Assembly (NCBI GenBank): GCA_964359725.1
Contig: CAYHTT010000003.1
Location: forward strand, 1-40,782
Origin: Candidatus Woesearchaeota archaeon
GTDB taxonomy: Archaea; Nanobdellota; Nanobdellia; SCGC-AAA011-G17; GW2011-AR20
Reading direction: 5' to 3'
Length of the DNA: 40,782 nucleotides
Shown here: positions 8,959 through 18,438 of the stretch, piece by piece
Layout of the letters: every line of letters starts with the position of its first letter
Position numbering within the stretch: position 1 is the stretch's first letter
Position numbers and translations under genes: made by a program
The notes under the pieces: generated by a model
Told to the model about the DNA's origin: nothing
The model's database searches: none
Seen by the model: the letters and a program-made list of their open reading frames with translations, nothing else

Positions 8959-10359
8959 ATGTACGAGGACTTAGCAGATTTTTCATTAAAGCAACTCGAG
9001 AAATTAGGAGCAAGTTATGCAGAAGCTAGATTAGAAGAAATTAAAGGTTCTGGTTTTATATTAAAAAATGGTAATGTTGAAATTTCTGGTTTTGATCGTG
9101 TTAATGGTTTAGGTTTAAGGTTTATTATTAATAATACATTAGGATTTGTTTCAATAAATGATTTTAATAAGGAAAAAATAAATTATTTAATTAGAAAATC
9201 TTTTAACTTAACTAAAAACTCTAGCAAAATAGGAAACAAAGTTAAACTATCAGAAGAAAAAACAGTTAAAGCAAATTATAAAGTTAAACAAAAAATAAAA
9301 TTAGATAATATAAACCCGGAGGAAAAATTAAAATTTTTACTTGATTTAGATAAAAGTGTAAATAAAAAATATTTCAGATTTTTTTCTTTAGGTGATAATG
9401 TAGAAAGAAAATATTATATTAATTCAGAGGGTACTAAATTTGTATCTGAAATCCCAAGAATTGGATTTTATTATTTTATCACAATTATATCAAATAATAA
9501 ATCAATGCAGCGTTACTTGCCTTATGGCAGCACAGGTGGTTGGGAAATTATAAAAAAATGGAATGTAAAACAAAATTTACTTAATGAAATTAAAGCTTTG
9601 GAAAATGTTCTTAAACATGGTGTTAAAGCTCCTCATGGTAAAATTGATTTAGTTATAGGACCAGAAGTTACTGGAATAGCTACTCATGAAGGTGTTGGCC
9701 ATCCTTATGAAGCAGACAGAATTCTTGGAAGAGAGGCAGCTCAAGCAGGCGAATCTTTTATTACTTCAAAAATGATTAATACCAAGATTGCAAACGAAGT
9801 TGTAACTCTGGTAGATGATCCAACTTTGCCAGGAAGTAATGGTTTTTATTTATATGATGATGAGGGTGTTAAAGCGAGAAGAAAATTCTTAATTAAAAAT
9901 GGGAAGATTACAGAATTTTTACATAATCGTGAGACAGCTGCTGAAATGAATGTTAAGAGTAATGCTGCTTCTCGTGCTTCAGAATATGATAAAGAAACTA
10001 TGGTAAGAATGAGCAACACTTTTGTCTTGCCGGGTAAATATAAAGAAGAAGAATTATTTGAGGATATTAAACTTGGGGTATATATGAAAACATTTATGGA
10101 ATGGAATATAGATGATAAAAGATTTCATCAAAAATATACAGGAGCAGAAGCATATTTAATTAAAAATGGTAAAATAACTAAGCCAGTAATAAATCCTATA
10201 CTTGAGATAACAACACCTGCTTTATGGCAATCAGTAGATGCTTTAAGTAATAAAATTGAGTTTGTTGCTGGTTCATGCGGAAAGGGAGAGCCTATGCAAT
10301 CTATACCAGTATGGTTCGGAGGCCCACATATGAGATTAAGAAATATAATTATGAGATAA
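8959..10359 (+). CDS. tldD: TldD family metalloprotease, catalytic subunit
   Basis: HEGVGHPYEAD zinc motif, DDPT, YDDEG, RMSNT, C-terminal CGKG..Q. Confidence 0.93.
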   Translation: MYEDLADFSLKQLEKLGASYAEARLEEIKGSGFILKNGNVEISGFDRVNGLGLRFIINNTLGFVSINDFNKEKINYLIRKSFNLTKNSSKIGNKVKLSEEKTVKANYKVKQKIKLDNINPEEKLKFLLDLDKSVNKKYFRFFSLGDNVERKYYINSEGTKFVSEIPRIGFYYFITIISNNKSMQRYLPYGSTGGWEIIKKWNVKQNLLNEIKALENVLKHGVKAPHGKIDLVIGPEVTGIATHEGVGHPYEADRILGREAAQAGESFITSKMINTKIANEVVTLVDDPTLPGSNGFYLYDDEGVKARRKFLIKNGKITEFLHNRETAAEMNVKSNAASRASEYDKETMVRMSNTFVLPGKYKEEELFEDIKLGVYMKTFMEWNIDDKRFHQKYTGAEAYLIKNGKITKPVINPILEITTPALWQSVDALSNKIEFVAGSCGKGEPMQSIPVWFGGPHMRLRNIIMR

Positions 10360-10360
10360 A

Positions 10361-11659
10361 ATGGAAATAGCTTATTACATATTAAAAGAATTAAAGAAAA
10401 AGGGTGCAGATGATGTTGTTATAGAATTTAGTAAAGACGAATCTAGTCAAATTAAATTTTCTAATAATAAAATTGTAAAAACTGGCAGTGAGATCTTATA
10501 TAACTTAGGAATATTTATGGTTAAAGATAAAAGAATTGTAACAACTACATTAAAAGATTTTAATAAAAAAGATGCTGATAAAGTCATTAATAATTTAATT
10601 AAATTCTCTAAAAATGTTAAACCAAATTTGCAATACAATGGAATAGCAGAAGGATCATTTAAATATAAAGAAATTAAAAATGGTTATGATAAAAATGTTC
10701 TTAATATGAATGAATTTGATTTAGTTGAAAAAGGCATTAATAAAGTTTTAGAGAAAGTAAAAAGAGCAGATGGAATTTTTGAAAAACATGTTAACGAAAA
10801 TTTATTGTTAACTTCAAATAATGTTCATGCTGAAGATAAAGCTACAAATTTATATTTTTCAATAAGAGCATTTGCTAGTAAAGAAGCTTCTGGTCATATG
10901 AATTCTTGTTCGAGAATGTTAAGTAAGCTTGAGGTAGAACAAGCAGCTGGAAAAGCTAGTGAGATAGCAAAACAATCTTTAAATCCTATTCCAGGAACAG
11001 CAGGGAAATATGATGTTGTTTTTAGTTATATGCCAATGGCTGCTTTATTAAATGAGATTATGAATGCTGCCTCAATATTTGAGGTTGAAGCTGGATTAAG
11101 TTTTCTTGCTAACAAATTAAATAAAAAACTTGGTAACTTTACATTAATAGATAACGGAACATTAGAAAATGGTTTTAACTCAAGTAAATTTGATTCGGAA
11201 GGAGTTCCTAGCCAGTGTAATTTTGTAATTAAAAATGGTGTATTAAAAACTTATTTGCATAATACTTCTACTGCTAAACGTTATAAAACAAAAACAACTG
11301 TAAATGCTGGTTTAATTGCACCTGTTCCAAATAATATTATCTTACAAGGCAAAAAAGGAAATGTATTTGGTATAAAACGTGGATTGTATATTACAAATGT
11401 ATGGTATACTCGTTATCAAAATCATCTTACAGGAGATTTCTCCACTATACCAAGAGATGGTATTTTTTTAATTGAAAACGGCGAAATAACAAAATCATTA
11501 AAAAACTTAAGAGTAAGTGAGAATTTTAATAACATAATGAAAAATATTTCTTTAGTAAGTAAGCAAAATAAACAATTAAAATCTTGGGAAGCTAATACAC
11601 CGGTAATTACACCAGAAGTTTTAATTAAAAACGTTAATATTACGAAACCAAAACTTTAA
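10361..11659 (+). CDS. pmbA: TldE/PmbA family protein
   Basis: Immediately follows tldD; FDSEG, NGVLKTYLHN, TGDFS motifs; no HExxH. Confidence 0.88.
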   Translation: MEIAYYILKELKKKGADDVVIEFSKDESSQIKFSNNKIVKTGSEILYNLGIFMVKDKRIVTTTLKDFNKKDADKVINNLIKFSKNVKPNLQYNGIAEGSFKYKEIKNGYDKNVLNMNEFDLVEKGINKVLEKVKRADGIFEKHVNENLLLTSNNVHAEDKATNLYFSIRAFASKEASGHMNSCSRMLSKLEVEQAAGKASEIAKQSLNPIPGTAGKYDVVFSYMPMAALLNEIMNAASIFEVEAGLSFLANKLNKKLGNFTLIDNGTLENGFNSSKFDSEGVPSQCNFVIKNGVLKTYLHNTSTAKRYKTKTTVNAGLIAPVPNNIILQGKKGNVFGIKRGLYITNVWYTRYQNHLTGDFSTIPRDGIFLIENGEITKSLKNLRVSENFNNIMKNISLVSKQNKQLKSWEANTPVITPEVLIKNVNITKPKL

Positions 11660-12507
11660 ATCCTTGATAATTCTAAAAATGAATGTGTTGTTTTTGGCAA
11701 ATGTAAACTTCTAACAAAATAATACATTGCAAATAACTCCCAGGCAAAAGGTCCATATCCAAGATAACCAAGAATAGGCATTTCAAATATTTTAAAAAAT
11801 CCGACAAAAGGAATTTCATAATACCATTTTATTATAGCATAATAATTCCAAAATTCCCATAATAATCCTGCAATTGTTCCTGTAACAAATAATGCTATTG
11901 GAATTTTAATATTTCCTGATTTCCAATAACCAATGATACTTGGCTGATTATGTAAGTAATTTATTGGATCTAGGATAAAGAAAAAAGCTAACCACATAAA
12001 TGGAAAGAAATATTTTGGCCAAGCAACTGTTAAAATTAACATTATTGCGCCAATATAAATCATTCCACGCAAAAATTTATATGTAATTTTATGATGCTCA
12101 ATTAACTTAACATGATTAATGAATTTAAATGTTTTAACTAATTCCAAAGTTTCTATAACTGCTGGTAACACAGTTGAAAATGCGATACTAGCTTTAATTA
12201 TTCCAAATAAACTAAATAACCTTCCATATGTATTAATCCCGTAATTCCAATTTAAAGTTTTCAAATTTATTAATTCAAAAATCCACCATATTAAAGCAGA
12301 AAGTAATAATGCTTTAACAAATTGTTCTTTTCTAGACATTATTAAAGAATGTCCTTTTAATTTGTAGATGATAGCATCTACTAAAAATATATAACCAAAC
12401 CAAATTATTGGAAAATACCAAGAAGCAAATGGCTCTATTTTAAAATAAAAATTTAATTCTGTAAATAAAATCATTACCATGCCAAGTATTCCGTAAAACT
12501 TAAACAA
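11656..12507 (-). CDS. Multi-pass membrane protein of unknown function
   Basis: About 8 TM segments with an apparent internal repeat (WWIFELIN...W.Y / WEFWNY...KWYY) and KIFEMPILGYLGY. TTG start with AGGTGA SD. Confidence 0.75.
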   Translation of the reverse strand: MFKFYGILGMVMILFTELNFYFKIEPFASWYFPIIWFGYIFLVDAIIYKLKGHSLIMSRKEQFVKALLLSALIWWIFELINLKTLNWNYGINTYGRLFSLFGIIKASIAFSTVLPAVIETLELVKTFKFINHVKLIEHHKITYKFLRGMIYIGAIMLILTVAWPKYFFPFMWLAFFFILDPINYLHNQPSIIGYWKSGNIKIPIALFVTGTIAGLLWEFWNYYAIIKWYYEIPFVGFFKIFEMPILGYLGYGPFAWELFAMYYFVRSLHLPKTTHSFLELSRI

Positions 12508-12933
12508 TTATCTCACCTTTTTATTTTTATCATTTCTATCAATAATACCTTTACAGGATTTCGAACCACAATTACATTTAAATTCTCCTCTATTGCCAGG
12601 AATTGCCTTATAGTCATAGGTTATTTCTTCACCATTTTTTATGTCCCTTATAGCAATATCAACATTTCCAAAATTTAAAACATTTGGCTCACAACTATGA
12701 TTAAAGTATTTTGTATCATCAGTTGGGTATACAAAAAATCCATCTTCCCAATAACCAAACTTATCTAAAAGTTCTCTATAACGTTTACTAAAATTTTTAT
12801 ACTGTTCAACTGTATAATGATGCTCTTTGCTACCAGTTCTAACAACAATTTTGCCTTTCTTAATCTCCCTTGTAGCAAAAACGCCTAAACCATTGATTTT
12901 ACTTCTCTTGACATAAACCGGTACAGTAATCAT
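12508..12933 (-). CDS. SET-domain protein-lysine methyltransferase with post-SET cysteines
   Basis: S.I.GLGVFA..I.KG, YFNHSCEPN, RDI..GEEITYDY, CNCGSKSCKG. Confidence 0.93.
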   Translation of the reverse strand: MITVPVYVKRSKINGLGVFATREIKKGKIVVRTGSKEHHYTVEQYKNFSKRYRELLDKFGYWEDGFFVYPTDDTKYFNHSCEPNVLNFGNVDIAIRDIKNGEEITYDYKAIPGNRGEFKCNCGSKSCKGIIDRNDKNKKVR

Positions 12934-13496
12934 TTTTTAAAATAAATTTTATAACTAATAAATCCTAATACTAATCCTGCTAATGTATCTAATAAATAAT
13001 GTTGTTTAATAAATAATGTTGATAATGCACTTAAAATAAATGCAATTAAAATTATTATTCTTAAATCTTTTTTAAATTTTGAAATTATTAAAAATGCTAG
13101 AAATGTCATTGAAACATGCAAACTCGGAAATAGATTTACTGGCTTATCTAAAACATAAATTAAATTTAATATGTAACTAGAAAAATTATCTACAATTAAT
13201 TCTGGTCTTATTATTCTAGCAGGAAGTAAAATAAAAAATAAATCACTTATAACAATTATAAAAATATTAGCTTTAACAATCTTTAAAAAATTTTTATTAT
13301 CTTTTATAATTAAAAATGGTATTAATATTAAAGGAAAATATAAAATATAAAAGAAAATAAATTCTGGAATTAAGGGAATTAAATTATCTAAACTTATGCT
13401 TAAATTAAATGCTTGTCTAGTTGCATTAGTATAATTTATAAAAAAATATGTTGACCACATTACCAAGAATAATATAAAATATTTTAATTTAGACAT
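12930..13496 (-). CDS. PAP2-superfamily membrane phosphatase/phosphotransferase (Aur1/IPC-synthase-like)
   Basis: RP motif, D.P.NLFPSLHV, STLFIKQHYLLD..AG; multiple TMs. Confidence 0.85.
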   Translation of the reverse strand: MSKLKYFILFLVMWSTYFFINYTNATRQAFNLSISLDNLIPLIPEFIFFYILYFPLILIPFLIIKDNKNFLKIVKANIFIIVISDLFFILLPARIIRPELIVDNFSSYILNLIYVLDKPVNLFPSLHVSMTFLAFLIISKFKKDLRIIILIAFILSALSTLFIKQHYLLDTLAGLVLGFISYKIYFKK

Positions 13497-14343
13497 TTTT
13501 TATAAATTGATAACCTCTTTGTTTTAATAATTCTTTATCCTCTCTTACAATATTTATATGGGTTGAGCTCCTAAGCCATAAAATATTTTTATTTTCTGAA
13601 TTAACATTATCTAATATTATAACTGCGCTTTCTGGCTCAACAACATCATCATTTATTGATTGAATTACTAATATGGGCTCATTTATATTATTTAAATCAT
13701 CTTTTACTATATTAATATAACTAACTAATTGACCAACTGTTTTTATTGGCACTGAGTTATACAAGCGAAGCTGACTTGCTATAGGTAATTCCTCTAGCCC
13801 AATAAAACCACGAATATGGTATCTTTCAACTAAATAAATTAAAGGCAATATATCAATAATGCCACTTTTTGATTCTATTGGTGTATTAATTAAAACTATG
13901 GCATCAACATCATATTTACTACCCAAATCTAAAGCTAATAAACCACCTAATGAGGTCCCAACAATGTAAACTTTTGTATGATTTTCTTTTAATTGCAAAT
14001 AAGCTTGCTCCGCATAATTTTGCCAATCTAAATAAGTTACCTTTTCTAAATCAAATACACTTGTTCCATGCCCCGGCAATAGAGGAGCATAAACAGTATA
14101 ACCTTTAGTAGCTAAAAAATTGTTTATCTCACGTATAGAATAAGGAGAAGCTCCAAAACCATGTAAAACAAGTACAGCTTCTTTACCTTGCTCAATATAA
14201 TAAGGCTCTGCTCCGATTATAACTCCATTCTCACGTTCATGTTTTAAATCAAGAAATTTGGCAACATATGTATTAAGATAGCGTGCTATTATAATCAATA
14301 ATATTAAAATTAATATAGTAATGATAATTTTCTTAAATTTCAT
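13489..14343 (-). CDS. Membrane-anchored alpha/beta hydrolase (carboxylesterase/monoacylglycerol lipase-like)
   Basis: N-terminal TM; LHGFG, LPGHGT, nucleophile elbow GTSLGG, DDVV, C-terminal His (SSTH). Confidence 0.9.
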   Translation of the reverse strand: MKFKKIIITILILILLIIIARYLNTYVAKFLDLKHERENGVIIGAEPYYIEQGKEAVLVLHGFGASPYSIREINNFLATKGYTVYAPLLPGHGTSVFDLEKVTYLDWQNYAEQAYLQLKENHTKVYIVGTSLGGLLALDLGSKYDVDAIVLINTPIESKSGIIDILPLIYLVERYHIRGFIGLEELPIASQLRLYNSVPIKTVGQLVSYINIVKDDLNNINEPILVIQSINDDVVEPESAVIILDNVNSENKNILWLRSSTHINIVREDKELLKQRGYQFIKNV

Positions 14344-14399
14344 AAATCCTGAAAGAATTTTAGTTTATTAAAGTTTAACTATTAATTTAAAAGTAATAA

Positions 14400-15797
14400 T
14401 TATTTTTTATATTTTTGTATTAACCCAATTAATTTATTGCCACTTATTTTACCTTTATATCTACTCATTAAAATTCCCATTATAGCATTTACACTTAAAT
14501 CCTTTTTTTCTTGAATAATTTTTTTAATTTCTTTTTCAATCTGAGAATAATCTACTACCTTATATTTTTCTAGATTAATTTTTTTACCTTCTCTTAAATC
14601 ATTTAATATTTCATTAATAACATCTTTTGTTATCTTGCCAGAATTTAATGCATTTAAAACAAATTCTAAATTTTCTTTTTTCTCTTTATTATAATTTATT
14701 AATGTACTAGCTAATAAACCCTTACTAATATTTTTATATTTACTAGCATAATAATTAAAATCAATATTTTGTTTGATTAACTGACTACCAGACACATAAC
14801 TTAAGTTAAATTCATTTTGTAATTCTTTAATTTTTTCTGGAATTAATTTTGGTAAGATAATATCTTTAGCTAAACTTTGTGTTTTTATAGCTAAAATATC
14901 CGTGTCTGGATAAAGTCGTGCTGCTCCGGGTAATGGTCTTAAGAAACTTGTTGTACCATCGTCATTAGCCTTTCTTACTTCTTCTTCAACTTTTTTGCCT
15001 TGTTTTATAATGTTAAGTTGTCTTTGAATTTCATATTCAATAACTTTAGGCATAATTCTTATATCTTGAAACCCTTTTATCTCAACTCTTGCACCATTTT
15101 TAATACTTAAGTTTACATCTTGCCTTATTGTTCCAATACCTCGTAAAACATTTTCAAAACTTCTTAAAATCATCCCAATTTTTTCTGCAATTTCTTTAGC
15201 ATGTTCTGGAGTTTTTATATCTGGTTCTGTTCTTATTTCTAAGAGGGGTATTCCCTGACGCGACAAAGAATAATATACCTTATTTCCTTCTATTTTTTCA
15301 ATTTTACAAGCATCTTCTTCTAAACATAAACTTGTAATTCTAACTTTTCCTAAAGAAGTTTCAATAAAAGAATCTTTAGTTTCAGTTCCAATTAAAGCTG
15401 TTCTCTGAAAAGAACTACAAGCACTTCCATCAGCTATAACTTTTCTCATTACTATAATTTCATCTGAAATTCTAAGTTTGAATAATTTTGCAACAGATAA
15501 AGCAGTAATTAAAGCATCTTGATTAATTTCATAGGGAGGCTGATCATCGCAATCTACAAGGCAATACTCATTTTTATAACCATGATAAAAAAATTCACGA
15601 TCTCTTGATTGTTCAAATTCTGCTGCAACATCAACATAACCTAGCTCCCCTGCAGAAGCCTTTAATTTTCTTAAGAACTCTAATTCTAAATCTTTCTCTT
15701 TAAACTGAGTTGAGCATTTACAAAAAAGTTTTTGGCTAGAAATTTGCTGGTGAATTTCCAAACCTATTCTAAGTCCTAATTCTTTATAGTCTAACAT
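14400..15797 (-). CDS. gatE: Glu-tRNA(Gln) amidotransferase subunit E, short form
   Basis: DYKELGLRIGLEIHQQ, KLFCKC, MRK...DGS..S.FQRT, LEEDAC, GIPLLEI, RGIGTIRQDVNLSI, RPLPGAARLYP; 465 aa. Confidence 0.95.
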   Translation of the reverse strand: MLDYKELGLRIGLEIHQQISSQKLFCKCSTQFKEKDLELEFLRKLKASAGELGYVDVAAEFEQSRDREFFYHGYKNEYCLVDCDDQPPYEINQDALITALSVAKLFKLRISDEIIVMRKVIADGSACSSFQRTALIGTETKDSFIETSLGKVRITSLCLEEDACKIEKIEGNKVYYSLSRQGIPLLEIRTEPDIKTPEHAKEIAEKIGMILRSFENVLRGIGTIRQDVNLSIKNGARVEIKGFQDIRIMPKVIEYEIQRQLNIIKQGKKVEEEVRKANDDGTTSFLRPLPGAARLYPDTDILAIKTQSLAKDIILPKLIPEKIKELQNEFNLSYVSGSQLIKQNIDFNYYASKYKNISKGLLASTLINYNKEKKENLEFVLNALNSGKITKDVINEILNDLREGKKINLEKYKVVDYSQIEKEIKKIIQEKKDLSVNAIMGILMSRYKGKISGNKLIGLIQKYKK

Positions 15798-16974
15798 TTT
15801 GTTTAATGGGTAAATTATTGGTGTTTAAATTTTGAGGATGTCTAATTGCTCTAGCAAAAAATATCCCTAAAACTCCATTAGGATAAATGGGTTCTCCTTT
15901 TCCAGTAAAAGTTGGTTTAGTTTTAAAGATTTTATTTATTTTAAAAATAATTTTATTGTAATCTAAATTTAAAAGTTTAGAATAGTTTCTTGAGATTATC
16001 AATCCATATGGTATCGGTCTAACAATTCTAGAAATTTCATAAAGATTTTTGTTAAATTTATATGGAAGAATAACACTATACTTAGAACCTTTACCCATTT
16101 TTAATTTGAAATTAGACAAATTCTTATAAATACTTTTTTTGTTTAATCCTTTAGATTCTAAAAGCTTATACAATCTACTAAATTTTACATTCTTCCTATT
16201 CCTATAAAATCCATTTATAATCTTATATTTTTTAATAAGATCTAAACCATTTTCTACGTAAGCATTAGTATTGAATAGAAATTTTTTATAGTCTAAATAA
16301 TTATTTTTATATAGTTTATTAAAATTTATTATATTCCTTTTATAAAATTCTTTTTTTACATGTTTTTCTATCCAAAGTTTTTTCCTTGGATGTGTAAAAC
16401 TCAATTTTTTATAATAATCCCTAATATAAAAAGAGGGTATTGTAACCCTAAAATAAGTGCGTTTGTTAATTATCCTCTCAGAATATTTAAACCCAATATT
16501 CTCTTTTAATAAAAAAGTCTTAAAAGAATTTATTAATTTTTTAGCGCAAACATCTAGTACAACCTTTCTAGAGTTTCTAGCAACCATTCCATCACAATCC
16601 ATAAATCCCAACCAAAAATATTTTTCTAAACTGGTTTTTTTATAAATTTTTGGTAGATCGACAATTAATGCCTTTTTTCCAGGATTTATATTAAAACACT
16701 TTATTAAAATATGACCAAATTCTTTACTTTTGAAGTACAAAACATACAAATTTCCTCTTTTTCTCATATGTAAATTAATTCTAAAATAGTTTGATAAAAT
16801 TCGTTTAATATTATTTAAATGTTTTAATGAGTATTTTAATTCATTTTTTACAGAAGTACCATCATAAAATTCGAAGGCATAATATTTTTTTTCTTTTAGA
16901 TAAAAACATCCATCTGCCATAAACACTCCTATTAAATATGCAAAATCTGGCTCTTTTATTTGCAGTTCTTTCAT
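15784..16974 (-). CDS. Free-standing double-motif LAGLIDADG endonuclease-like protein
   Basis: Two LAGLIDADG helices, AYLIGVFMADG and FWLGFMDCDG; very Lys-rich. ATG at 16974 forms an ATGA overlap with the upstream stop (ORF track start 16986 is the alternative). Confidence 0.82.
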   Translation of the reverse strand: MKELQIKEPDFAYLIGVFMADGCFYLKEKKYYAFEFYDGTSVKNELKYSLKHLNNIKRILSNYFRINLHMRKRGNLYVLYFKSKEFGHILIKCFNINPGKKALIVDLPKIYKKTSLEKYFWLGFMDCDGMVARNSRKVVLDVCAKKLINSFKTFLLKENIGFKYSERIINKRTYFRVTIPSFYIRDYYKKLSFTHPRKKLWIEKHVKKEFYKRNIINFNKLYKNNYLDYKKFLFNTNAYVENGLDLIKKYKIINGFYRNRKNVKFSRLYKLLESKGLNKKSIYKNLSNFKLKMGKGSKYSVILPYKFNKNLYEISRIVRPIPYGLIISRNYSKLLNLDYNKIIFKINKIFKTKPTFTGKGEPIYPNGVLGIFFARAIRHPQNLNTNNLPIKQNVRL

Positions 16975-17693
16975 CTTCGGTTCCATATTGAGTGAAAATA
17001 TTCTTTAAATTTATTTGCAATATCCTTTGAAGTTATTAAAGTTGCTAATGGTTTATCTTTGAATGAAGTAAATAAAACTTTGTCTTCATGTATATCTATG
17101 TTGCCCGGGATTGGAAAATCTACGTATTTCATTTTGAATGATGTTTTTTTAATAAATTTTGATTTTTTATAATGTATATTAGCTATTCCTTTAACTCTGT
17201 GATTTTTAAATTTATTGTATAAACGCATCCAAAATTTGTCTATTTCTTCATAATCTTGTTCTGCAATATAAAAAAATAAATATTCCTCTTTATTATCACC
17301 TTCCATCAGTCTTTCATAAGCTGTCTTTACTCCATTAAAACCAATAAAGACTTCTGCTTCTTGCTTTTCCTGTAGTTTTTGCAATCTCTCTAAATCTGGG
17401 ATTAATTTTTTCAATGATAATTTTTCTTTTTCTATTTTTTGTTCTTTTTTGTCTAAATATTCATTTAATGGTGAAAAACTAGTAACTTGGAAATATTTTG
17501 TCTTTTCTTTAATTATGAACGAGATTAAGCCTTTTTCAAGTAATCTATTTAAAATTTCATAAATGTTTGAGTAAGCAACTTTAGCTTCTTTAACTATTGG
17601 CCCCACTGTTGAACTGCCTAATTTAGTTAAAGCTAAGTAAACTTTTGCTTCTCCATCTGTTAATCCTAAATTCATTAATAATTCTTTTTCCAT
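16971..17693 (-). CDS. TrmB-family transcriptional regulator
   Basis: LGLTDGEAKVYLAL..LG, IYEILNRLLEKGLI wHTH; G..GVK linker; C-terminal effector domain ending F..YF.SIW. Confidence 0.9.
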   Translation of the reverse strand: MEKELLMNLGLTDGEAKVYLALTKLGSSTVGPIVKEAKVAYSNIYEILNRLLEKGLISFIIKEKTKYFQVTSFSPLNEYLDKKEQKIEKEKLSLKKLIPDLERLQKLQEKQEAEVFIGFNGVKTAYERLMEGDNKEEYLFFYIAEQDYEEIDKFWMRLYNKFKNHRVKGIANIHYKKSKFIKKTSFKMKYVDFPIPGNIDIHEDKVLFTSFKDKPLATLITSKDIANKFKEYFHSIWNRR

Positions 17694-17737
17694 AATTTTA
17701 ATCTAATTTTATAGTATTTAAATGTTATTATTATACA

Positions 17738-17749
17738 CCTTGTACAGGG
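17738..17749. promoter_or_regulatory. Near-palindrome between divergent genes, candidate operator
   Basis: CCTTGTACAGGG (one mismatch from a perfect palindrome), GC-rich in an AT-rich 121-bp gap flanked by TATA-like elements. Confidence 0.3.
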
Positions 17750-17814
17750 GAGATAAATTATAAATGTTTTAAAAGTGTTCTATAGGATATAACATTTCAA
17801 GGAGGATAAATAAG

Positions 17815-18207
17815 ATGCCAATATGTGGATTTAATCAAAAAATGCTTGAAGGATTAATTCAATTCCATGAAGGTTTAGTGGAACATGGATTAATCGAACG
17901 CTCAAAGAAAAAGAATCAAACAATCGATGAAACATTAAATCATGAATTTGATGATATGAGCAGATTCTTAATAGAAACAGAAAAAATAACAAATCCAGAG
18001 ATGAGAGAAGTAATAGAGGCTTTAACAAGATATGCTAAGGCTTTCTATAGTCTAGTAAGGAAAAATGGTGTTAATAACTATAAACAAACTATTAGAGCTT
18101 TAAATGAATTTTATGTTGAAATGGATAATAAATATTATTCAGATCTAGAAGGCAAACCAAAAGATATGAAACAATTAGTGGAGTATTTAAATAGTGTAGA
18201 GGTTTGA
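17815..18207 (+). CDS. Hypothetical alpha-helical protein
   Basis: Strong SD AGGAGG upstream; 130-aa ORF beginning MPICGFNQKM; divergent from the TrmB gene. Confidence 0.75.
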   Translation: MPICGFNQKMLEGLIQFHEGLVEHGLIERSKKKNQTIDETLNHEFDDMSRFLIETEKITNPEMREVIEALTRYAKAFYSLVRKNGVNNYKQTIRALNEFYVEMDNKYYSDLEGKPKDMKQLVEYLNSVEV

Positions 18208-18209
18208 TT

Positions 18210-18431
18210 TTAACGCTTCCATATTATTTTATTATTTTTCCTAATTTCTTTAATTCTATGCAATGGTATTTCCTTATCTTGTAAGCTAATAAAGTTTTTG
18301 CTTATTTCCTTAATTTCATTAAACTTAATTTCTACTTTTTTATTAAAATCAAGGTAAATTAAACTATATTCATTTGGATTAAGAGCTTTATCCCATTTAA
18401 TTTTATTTAGAACATTAAAGCAAGAGATCAT
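18210..18431 (-). CDS. DUF504/MJ1316-family small protein (putative RNA-end recognition)
   Basis: VLNKIKWD...Y.D ... IPLHRIKEI.....IIWKR signature. Confidence 0.85.
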   Translation of the reverse strand: MISCFNVLNKIKWDKALNPNEYSLIYLDFNKKVEIKFNEIKEISKNFISLQDKEIPLHRIKEIRKNNKIIWKR

Positions 18432-18438
18432 TTCATTT

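Noticed and set aside
8959-11659. TldD/E as part of a RiPP biosynthetic cluster
   Set aside because: No precursor peptide, YcaO or radical SAM gene nearby; tldD-pmbA pairs are common in archaea.
15784-16986. LAGLIDADG ORF as part of an intein or intron in gatE or the TrmB gene
   Set aside because: Both neighbours are complete separate ORFs; no splicing motifs and no flanking non-coding intron sequence.
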